DNA of 64,000 nucleotides from the human T2T-CHM13v2.0 reference genome, Homo sapiens, in assembly GCF_009914755.1 (NCBI RefSeq), contig NC_060926.1; one strand, given 5' to 3'. Below the pieces are notes generated by a model. The model searched no databases. It was not told the origin of the DNA and was given only the letters and a program-made list of their open reading frames with translations. The translations under genes were made by a program, and so were the position numbers. Position 1 is the first letter of the stretch. Every line of letters begins with the position of its first letter. This document shows positions 53,671-64,000 of the stretch, piece by piece.

Positions 53671-54394
53671 TCACTTTTGATACACTCCATTCACTCACTT
53701 AGCTCATCATGGCTTGCATCCAAATTATTTATGTTGAAATCTGTGGTTATCAGCTATTGATGGCAGACTTTCTGAGTTAGTAACCACTTTTTTTCTTTTA
53801 AATATTCAGGAGATGAGGACTCAGAACTTTTAAAAACTATTACTTATTTTTGTATTACAAAAGTGGTACATGTTTATAATAACATGTCAAACAATTTCAG
53901 AAGCCTGTTAACCTTTTTATATTCCCCATAGCACCCAATATGTTGCCCTGGCATAAAGTAGCTTTTTAGTAAATACAATGGATGTAATTAAATATTGAAT
54001 TGGTTTCTCACACAGGCACTGAGTTTCCAAGTGTTCATTGAACACCAAAAATTGTGCTGGGGGGTTGTGGGGATGCAGCTGTGTCCTCTGTCCTCCCGGA
54101 GAACAGGTAATTCAGGTGACATGAATGGGGCAAAGGGGGAAGGGCAGGCCCTGGAGGAGACTGCACTACACAACCAGATTCTGAGATTTCCATAAAGGCT
54201 TCCCAAGGAACAATATGAGTGAGTCCACACCTGAGATACATGTCTGAATTCTGCTCGCTTACTCCATGTTATTAATTTAATCTGCGACTGAATCCCCCCA
54301 TTCACTCATTATCCAACAAATATTTATTGAACACCTACTTCGTGCTAGCTTCTGTGCTTGGCCCTAGAGGATTTTGTTGTTATCAAATAACAGG

Positions 54395-55188
54395 TTTATT
54401 GAGATACAATTCATATACCATACAATTCACCCATATAAAGTGTACAGTTTGATGGCTTTTAATATATTCACGGAATTGTGAGCCCATCACAACAATCAAT
54501 TTTAGAATATGTTCATCACCCCAACGAGAAATTCCACAGCCATTCCCCACTTACCCTCAAGTCCCTCTGTGCTAGACATCTATTAATCTGCCTTCTTTCT
54601 CTATGGATTTGCCTATTCTGGACATTTCGTATAAATGGACTCACATAAAATGTGATTTTTGGTGACTGGCTTCTTTTGGGCTGTGTTTTCAGATTCAGCA
54701 GTGTTGTAGCATGTACTAATACTGCATTTCTTTTCATTACTGGCTAATATTCCACTGTATATACCATTTTTAATTTATTCATCGGTTAATAGGTATTTGG
54801 GTTGTTTCCACTTTGTAGCAATTATGAATAATACTCCTATGAACATTCAGGTACAAGTTTTGGTGAGGAAATATGTTTTCATTTCTGTTTCTCACTTAGG
54901 AGTAGAAGTGTTGAGTCAAGCCCCCACAGGGTTATTGTAGGAAAGCTACCTGGGGGATATCAAGTCAACTAGCCAGAAATTCCTCTCTTAGGTGAGGAAT
55001 AGAAATGTTTAACCATTGGAGAAACTGCCAGATTATTTTTCAAAACAGCTGCACCATTTTACGTTCCCACCAGCAGTGTATGAGGGTCCCAATTTCATCG
55101 CATCCTGACCAACATGTGTTATTATCTGTCTTTTCGATTATAGCCATCCCAGTGAGTGTGAAGTTGTATCTCCTTGTGGTTTTGATTT
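54395..55188 (-). mobile_element. L1MB7/8-like 3' end with ~86-bp foreign insert
   Basis: TTTATTGAGATACAATTCATATACCATACAATTCACCC...TTTGCCTATTCTGGACATTTC...CCCACCAGCAGTGTATGAGGG. Confidence 0.88.
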
Positions 55189-55774
55189 TCTGGGTAACCT
55201 GGAGAGTTTTGAGCACTGTGGTAACACAACTTGGCTTAGTTTTAAAAGAATCTGTTTGGCTAAGAATGAACTGTAGGGGGAAGAAGCAGTGGGGTCGGGT
55301 GGGGGGTTGGCGGAACTAGTTGGGAGGGTAATGCAATCATCCAGGTGAGAGAGGCAGGAGAAGTGTTGAGGAGTGATGGAATCTTGGAATCTGAAGAGCT
55401 CCCATGTAAGACGTGAGGGATTTCCATATTCTTTATAAGATTGGAAAGACAAGGATTCCATTGTTGTCCCTGGAAAACAAAGTAATGCATGAACCTCAGA
55501 TTTTGTACTGAGAAAATGCAGTAAGAAGAGTGGTGAGCCTGAGAGCTCCTTTGTGATGGGATCTGTATCTGGATCAAATGCTTGATAGCATAGGGCGGGA
55601 CTGCGGTGTTGAGCCTGGCCATGGGGTCTGCCAGAGAGCTTGCGCTTGAGACCTGGTTCCTGCACTCATGAGTATGGGTGACTTTGGGCACCCCATTTAA
55701 GACCTCTCTGCCCCAATTCTTATCTGAAAAAGGGAAACAATTCCTGACTCTTCCAGAGTTGCTGTGGGAGAAAT

Positions 55775-55820
55775 ATTACTTTTAATGGCAAAAACCGCAA
55801 ATACTTTTGCACCAACCTAA
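55775..55820 (+). mobile_element. MADE1 (Hsmar1 MITE), one arm plus spacer only
   Basis: ATTACTTTTAATGGCAAAAACCGCAAATACTTTTGCACCAACCTAA is the right half of the MADE1 palindrome. Confidence 0.9.
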
Positions 55821-58800
55821 TGTTTGGGGGGATTCAAACATTACAGTGATTTTCTCAGAACTTGAGAAGAGAAAGATCAAGTTTGAGAGGAAGTCAGTGG
55901 AAAATAAGAGCTCTAAAATGTTTGGTTTAGAATCACCTTTGAGATCCAACTGCCATTCATATATTTCTACTCTCAAGTGCTTTTTTTTCTTTGACCTCCT
56001 GGAAAATGCAAACATTTTAGATGTGAAAATCTAAAATTACTTGTTTTTTTTTTTGCCTTCCTGGGTCATATGACAGTCACATGACTTGATTTAAATAAAT
56101 TGGCTGGAGGTGTGTGTCAATGGATTCAGGAACTGTAACCATCAATAGCTTCAGTCTAACCTTGTACAATGTCACTCAGACACTGTCAAATCTCTGTAAG
56201 ATCTAGTTGATCAATCAAATTAAGAAGGACACATGAGAGGCAAGGCAAGTTGCCATTCTTTGCTGATAGAGTGCGCCCTTTACTGAGTGCCCTTTGTTGT
56301 CTGAAGAAGCCAAAGACACACATGCTTCCTGGGTAGAGCAGAGGAACAAGATTCTACCCATCATATTCACATTTCAATGGAATATACCTCTGGATACAAT
56401 ATCCACTGAGCTTTTAATAGCAATTTTTAAAATGCCTAAAACATAGATTATCACTTTTTCAGCTGAATGCTTTATTGCTTTACCTTTGGTTTCTGTTTCT
56501 AATTTGAAAAGTAAAATGCATAAATCAATTAGGTTATATACTTGATTTATTAGACAACATAAAAATATGTGAACATGTATATCATTTTACAGTTACAAAA
56601 CTAACAGTAATAGTACATATAAGTAGTGGCATATACCTACTCAGTTCATAGAGGAATGAAAAGTATAAACCTTTTGCATTCTCAATATGATTACAGGGTC
56701 TTGAAGTGTGAGTCTAACAATTATCTTAGTCTTATGAGGTAAGAAAGTTTAAGCCCCACTAACTCCAGACTATCCCTATTTCTTGATTATTTTGAGTTGG
56801 GGATAGAATGAAGAAGAAAAAGACTGATTTGTCCTTTCCTTCAGGAACCTCTCCTTGGGCACTCAGTATTCTTGTCGGTCCAGAGATGGTGTGGCTGGTG
56901 TAGAGGTAGCTATTCACCAAACCCATTCCTCTTTGTTTTTGGACATGTAAAGAATGTACATTTCCTAGCCTACTTTTCAGTTAAATATGCTCATGGGACT
57001 AAGTTTTGGCCAACTACATGTGAATGGAGCAATGCTTTTCCATTACCCATTTTTATAACCATTATTCAATTTTTAAAAAGCAACCTCAAAATAGAAAACT
57101 CCTATAATGTGTTAAAGGGATCTTAATAACTGGTAACTGTTATTTTGGTCATCCCATACGTTTTGGTAGCCAAAGGTCTTGGCAAGAGCTTGCCTTAGAA
57201 TAGCATGTTATTTACTCATTTAAGAGCAATTCTGACCAGTGAAGTTTACTAAGATGCAGATTCCAAAGAGAAGAAGACAGGAAATTATTTCACTCCATTG
57301 GAATTTATTCTCTGTTGCCAGAAGAACCTTGATTCCAGAATCATTCTTTGGTTGACTTTGGATATAGCAGCTGAAAACCCTGAGAGTCCCCAAAGAGTTC
57401 CAAGCTTTCACCATGACTGCTGGGTGGGGGTGATGCTCCTTCAGTGTTGGTGAAGACTTAAGTCTTTTCCTCATCTCTTTCCTGATGTTTGGGGCCTTCT
57501 CCATGGGCCGGAACTTGGGCCAGGGTCTTGGAAGAGCCTCTCCTCTCTCATAACCTCACGCAAGCTGATTAATGAAAACAAACTTTTTTTTTTTTTTTTA
57601 GTTTACTTATTTGACTTCCTTTATAAACGTTTCCAACCAGGTTTTATGCCTGGTAATGAAATTATGCTTATTTTTAAACTTCTAAAAATGTTTCCGTCAT
57701 CCTTGAGTTGGCTGGAATTTCAATTTATTCAGGCATGGATTATTCAAAAAGAAGCTTGCTGTATTTGGCAAATGGTAAGAACAAGGACATTAAACTATTA
57801 GCACTTTTAAGTACCATTGAGCAATACTTTTATTCCCTAAATGTAAAGCTTTGCATGAGAACGTGTCTAATATTAGCTGGTAGACCAGATTACTCGGGAG
57901 TCTCTTCTGGTCTCCTAAGTAAATAGTATTTCTTGTGTTGTAATTATTTATTTTCCCAAGAGGCCAGAAAGGCTGTAATCTTAACAACGGTTTTATCTGT
58001 TTCCTCTCTCTATAACAATTTACTATGTATACCTAAGAGACTGGGAAACCTCTTTGGGTTTCCCTAATCCAGACTTCCAAAAGATATTTCTCTTTTAAAG
58101 AACCCAGGTGTTAAGCCAAATCCCCTGTTTATAGAACGTTAAGGTTATGACACAAGTCAATAAAAGCCTGGAAGTGCTGTTACTGCTGACATTGCACCCC
58201 TAACACACACCATTGTGCCTTTTATTTCTCTTTCACAATAGTGTGGAGTTAAGGAGGGAGTGTAAAACTTAACTTTGAATTTCCTGGCTTTTGTTGGTTT
58301 GTTGAGCAATCCTAATGCTATTGAATTTTTTTCCCCCTTGCTGGGTGGTTGTTTTTCTGGTGTGCAGTTGTGCATTGTATTTTTCTAAGAATTACAATGG
58401 TTTAGACACGTCATATTGGTGTGAATGTAAACCAGAGGTTAACCTTTGGCAGGATAAGGAGAGTAGAGGAATATATGTAAAATGTGTGAATTCATTTGAA
58501 CCTGACAGCGATTTTCAGTAGGAGAGGGAGTTTTATGTACACAGTTCATTGGGCAGCTCTCTCTTCTTTTAGCCCATGGGTTGGATCTGCTCATGGAGTT
58601 GCTATTATTACATGAAGGTAAGAGCCCAGATGAAAGGGAACACATTCTGCCAATCAGCACGGTACTTCCAAACTTAGAGATCTCACATTTATTCTTTAGG
58701 GACAGTGGACACTCTAGTGAATTTACTGCAGAAAAGTGGCTCTGAGCTTGTTCCTATGGCGAAATTAAGAGGTCCCTTTGGTTGCCTTTTTCTCTTATTT

Positions 58801-59489
58801 CTTTTAGTAATTAACAAGAGTTTATACTGTTTATTTTTCTCAGTGCAAAAGCTATATATGTTCATAGTAGGAAAATTGTTAAAAATAAGCAAAAAGAGGA
58901 AGACAAAATCATTGCTTATCAACCACTGCTAATATTTCAGCGTATATCTTTGTAGGTAATTTTATCATGTAAACTAATTTTTTTTAAAAAGGAATCATAC
59001 CATACATACTGCTTTGTACCTACTGTTTATTAAACCATAGTGTCAAACAGAATTGCACAGCAATAATGTTTATCTCATTTTTAATGTTAATTATAAAGGC
59101 AATACATATGTATAGTTTTACAAAAAGAAAACATCAGAGGTGATTTATGCTAAAAGTTTCTAACTGTACTTTTCATATATATACACACTTTTTTATTTAC
59201 ATATTTTTTTGGTTAGATGAATTATAATTTATGTGAGTACTCACCTCTCTTTTCTCTTTCCACTGGGCTGCAAGCTCTGTGGAAGCATGTCAGTTTTTAT
59301 GGCCATCGCATCCCCAGCACCTGCATAGTGGCCAGTATATAACAAGCTCTCAATAAATAACTAATAAATGAATAAATAAACTTTTAGATTATTTTCATTT
59401 TTTCTCCATTATAAACACTCTTTAACATATCACTTTGGGCGCGTGTATTTTGTAGATTGTGTGTAGTTCTAGAAATAGAATATCGAGCC

Positions 59490-60045
59490 ATGAGCATGTG
59501 TGTCGGAAGCCATACTGCTTGAATTTGTATCCTGGTTCTCCTACTTACAAAGTGTAGTGTGCCGAGGCTGGCACATGAAAGCCAATTATGTACATCTCTT
59601 CCCAACTCTGAATTCAGTGACCTCATGTTGGTAGCCTGAAGTCAACTATGGTGGAAGTATTTATACCACAGAAATTGGCAGGGCTTTTTATTTCCATTTT
59701 TCTTTCTTTCTTTTTTTGTTTTTTCTTTTTTTTACCCGAGACAGCTAGTTTACTACTTTACGATTGCTAAGACCCTAGGAAAGTTACATCACCTCTCCAG
59801 AGCTTAGTTTTCTTATGTATAAAATGGGGACAATTAAAGTCTGTCCTCATAGTCAGGGAGGCTGCATTGCACAGTTACGGGAGGCATCATTCACATGGAA
59901 GTCTATGTGAAATGTGCCTTCTGGAATTGTGGAGTGTGCAGTGCTGCACAGAGGGTGGCTGTGAGGATGAAATGTTTAATACATGTAACTATATAAGCAC
60001 TCAGCCTGAGCACACACTAAGCACTCAATCAATGCAAGCAATCAT
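59490..60045 (+). mobile_element. MIR interrupted by a MER63-like hAT fragment (~59570-59760)
   Basis: MIR halves (TTGAATTTGTATCCTGGTTCTCCTACTTAC / AAGTTACATCACCTCTCCAGAGCTTAGTTTTC) flank GAAAGCCAATT...GTATTTATACCACAGAAATTGGCA. Confidence 0.65.
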
Positions 60046-60049
60046 TATG

Positions 60050-60870
60050 TTACTTTATTGTAGATGTATATATTATCTTAGGAGTTTCCAAATATTCTCC
60101 AAAAATAACAATTTATATTCTCACTACTAGTTTCCTTACTCCCTTGCCATAAGTGACTATTATTGGTCTTTTTCTTAGTCTAATTGCTGCAAAATATCTA
60201 ATTATGGCATTCATTTGGTTTTCATTGATTATTAGGAAATCCAGGCATCTTTTCATTTGATTATTGGCCACTGGATTTCTATGAATTATCTGTTTATGCT
60301 CCTTGTATATTTTCCTATTAGCAGCCTCTTCTCCTCTTTCTCCTTCTTCAATCAATCTGTAGGAGTTCTTTGTGTATCTTTTGAAATATATGTGTTGCAA
60401 GCATTTTCCTCAGTTTGTCTCTTGACTTTGTTTATCCTGTTTTGTTTTTGTGTTTGTTTGCTACACCAAAAATATTTTAAATTAGTATGTAGTAAAAATC
60501 ATGTATGTTTTCTGGGTTTTGTTTTATGCTCAGAAAGTTACTTTAAAATTACACATATAATCTCAAAAATAATAATTATGGCAGAGTATTTTGTGTTTAG
60601 ACAGACATCTGGGCTATTTTCAAATCTATCCATCCCTTACCTATTTTTTAATTTGCTATTATAATTATGATAGTTAAATATGTATAAGTATATATGACAA
60701 TTGTAAATGCACATAATTGTAAGTAGCTATTTTGTTATTATAAACAGCTCAGGTTCAATATCCTTGTGAGTACATTTTTGCACACATCTTCAATTATTCA
60801 ACTAGGATAGTCCCAAATTGTCCCCCAGAAAGATCTTTTTCACTGTATTTTTACCCTCACTACCAGGAAA
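60050..60870 (-). mobile_element. Old L1ME-like fragments
   Basis: GCATCTTTTCATTTGATTATTGGCCACTGGATTTC...TATGTGTTGCAAGCATTTTCC. Confidence 0.6.
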
Positions 60871-60943
60871 TGTATTGAGAAAATAAGAAATCTGTGAAGC
60901 AAAATATTGTTCACATTGAGAGTCTGGGATGCAGTTTGTAGTA

Positions 60944-60963
60944 TTTTTCTCTTTTAGGTAAGA
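60944..60963 (+). other. Candidate recursive splice site (3'ss abutting 5'ss)
   Basis: TTTTTCTCTTTTAG|GTAAGA, junction 60957/60958. Confidence 0.4.
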
Positions 60964-63856
60964 AGATGTCTCAGTGTCTTTCCAATTCTGATTCTGTCAC
61001 ATCTTCGCCACATAAATTATCCAAACACAAAGACTGAAATGCGTTGCTAAGCTCCTTATCAGATTTGGGAAAACAGCAACAACTGGAAAGACAGTGTGAG
61101 CTGCTGCATGATGCTCATTATGGAGTCTTGAAAACAGACGTCGCATAAACGCAAAGAGAGGCTAAGCAAATAAAGATTAAGGTGATGTGCCTGTGCGAGA
61201 GCCAAGCCCACAAAACCCGAGATGTGAATTAGAGACAATAAGGATGTGAATCCTGAGCTGTTCAGGAACTTCAGGTTCCTGGATGGATGGTGGGGAGTGC
61301 AAATGTGGTCTGAAGACATCTAATATATTTCTGGTGTGGGCTGCCACACTGCAAATTCACCAAAGGGTGTAGGAATGATTTCACACAACAGTTCACTTGG
61401 TGATTTACATGGGTGCAGGCAGTGGGGTCATATGACACTGGTGAGCCAATAGACAGCAGACCTGCTTTGCCACTGACAATCAACCGACACTGAGAGATGT
61501 CAGCAGCCAATATGACTGAGAACTGGGAAGGCATAATAACATTTACATTGATGTTTTCAGCTGCAATTGCTACATGCTTTTTCTCTGCTATTGCGAAGAT
61601 ACAATATGTTGATTGTACAACAAATTCCCAAGCCTTCATTCTTTAAAGCTTTCTAACCTAAATTTGATAATTTCACAGCAGTGCTGTGGCTTGCTGTTAC
61701 TCTAAAATGGAATCAATATCTATCTTATATATATGGTTTTTCAGGGATCATTGTTTCTATTTCTTGAATACCACTGCCATTTAATCAAAAGGCAAAATTC
61801 AAGAAAAGGCAAGATGATATTGTGCTGAATGTTAAGCAATATTCTGCATGCATTAGACGTTGATGAATATTTCAAGGAGCACCTCATGACTAATCTTTTG
61901 TCACTTTAAGATAAAAGATTTACTTGTTACACACCCAAACGCCTATACTCAAACCTGAAAAAGGTGATAATTTGGTAAGATTGAAGTCTGCTGTGTAGAT
62001 TGCGTACCACCATGTTCTTCAGAGAGAAAGAGAATAAAGGTTAAAAGAAAAAGAAAGCAGGAGGTATGTTCTAATTATTATTTATATTTCATACTTATAA
62101 AGATGCAACTGTTTCCTAGACTGCAGTGTATTTTTTTAGATAAAGCTGACAAAAACAACCATCACAACCAAAAAATGACAACTGCAGACGTTTAAGGCTG
62201 ATTGGTTATGGGGTCAGGGAGGTAATAAAGACAACTAGCTATCCATGATGCTCATTGAGGACTGGCTTGTTAAAATTTCTCTACCAGGAGGGCTAGAATC
62301 TCTTTGCCTTTTCTTACTGCTCATTTGGACTGCTTGGGGAGACAGTGCAGCATTAACAGAGAAATGCCATTCAAGTCCAAAGAGGACACTGGCTTTGAGC
62401 TTGGCTGGGGAGATAACTGTCCACCTTAAGAACATTGCTCCATTTTTTTTGGACTCCATGTCTTCATCTGTAAATGAGGTTTCAAATTCTGAGAAGAAAA
62501 TTCCACGAATCTCTCCACCGATACCCACAGGGTAGGTGATCTTCTCTTTCATGCTGGAGGAAATTTGAGAGAGCAGATTGCCACTGTGTAGGTCAGGTCT
62601 GGGTTCTTTCTAGTCCAGAGTAGGGAAGAAACAGGAAAGAGGGCTGGTGTTGAAGGACCTTCAGCCACGAGAAGGGCTGTGTACCATGTAGCCCTCTGGG
62701 GAGGCACAAAAAGGCTCACCATTTTCTGAAAATGACTAGACTGCAGGATCCACGTGAGTGTGACTATTGCATTCATGACCTTATCCACAGGGCCTCACAA
62801 GGTGCCTGACATGCAGTAGGCTCCAGATGCATATTTATTATAAAGTGAATAGTCCTTAAGCTGCAGGGTCCCTTCTATTTGCATTCTAAGAAATAGTCAC
62901 TTTTATGCCTAATTTTGTATTTGCAGTTTTATAAGTTTTATAAGAGGGTCTCCCAAATAGTATAAACTTCAAGCCCCACAAAACCTATGTTTGCCTCCCA
63001 TAGGCATGCAATAAATATTCGTGGATCTAATGAGTAACAAGAAAAAGAAGGAACAAAACCCTAACCCCTCCCCTACCCAAACCAGTGGCAACCGGGAGGA
63101 TCAAATTCAACCTTGATCAGTCAGAGGCAGCATTCCTAAATTATTCCCAAGCAGCAATAGACAATGATTTACCTCAATTAATTCAGCCAGTTAAAAGCTT
63201 AGTTCTTACTTGCCAACCGAAGGCTTGAAGGCAAATGTGTTTAAGCCTCTCTAAAGATCTTCTGAGTGATTACAAGAGGATTGTAAACATCTCTGGAGGC
63301 AGGAGATGTAAGTATAGAAGGAGCGTTTGTGCTTGGCATTGTGCTAGGTACTTTCACATACAGTGTTTCAATTTATTGTTCCCATGTGGATGAGAAAACT
63401 GAAGCACAGAGAGGTAAAATAATTTCCCTTAAAGTTATGCAACTATTAATGGGTAAAGTTTGGATATGAGTCCGAAATACTATGTATGTTTTCCACTCGT
63501 CCACACTGTTCTACAGTGACAAAATGGAGGGCCTTTTCTTGTGGGTTGTAAAAATCTAAATAAAAAATAAGAAAAGTACAAAGGAGAACAGCAGGAAACT
63601 AAAGTGAATAGGAATTAGTGGACACTGACAGCAATATATTACCTGATTACTTTATGACCTGTGGCATCTTTTATTCTGCTGCTTATTGGAACAAAACCTG
63701 TATAATTCAATGTAGACTGAGAAGAATCTCTGCATTTGGGCGATAGGAACTTTAAGAATCCGTGAGCTTAGAAAGCAATTTGAAGCAGAGGCTGTAGATG
63801 ATTCAAAGATCAAATCCGAGGAAACATGTAATCAGAGGGATCAAAAAAGTGCTTAG

Positions 63857-64000
63857 GGCTGGGTGTGGTGGCTCATGCCCGTAATCCCAGCACTTTGTGA
63901 GGCCAAGGCAGGCAGATCACTTGAGGTCAGGAGTTCAAGACCAGCCTGGCCAGCATGGCCAAACCCCGTCTCTATTAACAATACAAAAATTAGCCAGGTG
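63857..64000 (+). mobile_element. AluS family, cut by window end
   Basis: GGCTGGGTGTGGTGGCTCATGCCCGTAATCCCAGCACTTTG...left arm and A-rich linker. Confidence 0.95.

Noticed and set aside
55276-55328. G-run cluster (possible G-quadruplex)
   Set aside because: Irregular loops; a common low-specificity pattern with no supporting context
55138-55691. Longest ORFs (175 and 143 aa)
   Set aside because: Partly overlap L1/L2-like relics, no recognisable domain, length compatible with chance

Overview
This is human non-coding genomic DNA: AT-rich, CpG-depleted, without a CpG island, and carrying human-specific AluYb8 copies. I recognise no protein-coding exon; the ORF track consists of repeat-derived or chance ORFs. 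The window is a mosaic of Alu, L1, L2, MIR, MaLR LTR and DNA-transposon relics. Most L1 fragments lie on the - strand, which suggests (inference) a long intron of a + strand transcript; I cannot name the gene. I found no new multi-gene system. The most notable sequence-supported items are: (1) a recursive-splice-site-like motif (Y12-AG|GTAAGA) at 60957/60958; (2) a near-consensus CTCF site with its upstream motif (51136-51167), about 0.8 kb from a perfect RFX X-box + CRE + ETS cluster; (3) two very young AluYb8-family insertions in inverted orientation; (4) a twin-primed (5'-inverted) L1PA; (5) a tiny hY3 RNA retrocopy; (6) a MER20 interrupted by a copy of sequence from 1.2 kb upstream; (7) a solo MADE1 arm; (8) several hairpin or template-switch-like scars. 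Repeat families were called from memory of consensus sequences, so subfamilies and the boundaries of old repeats are approximate.
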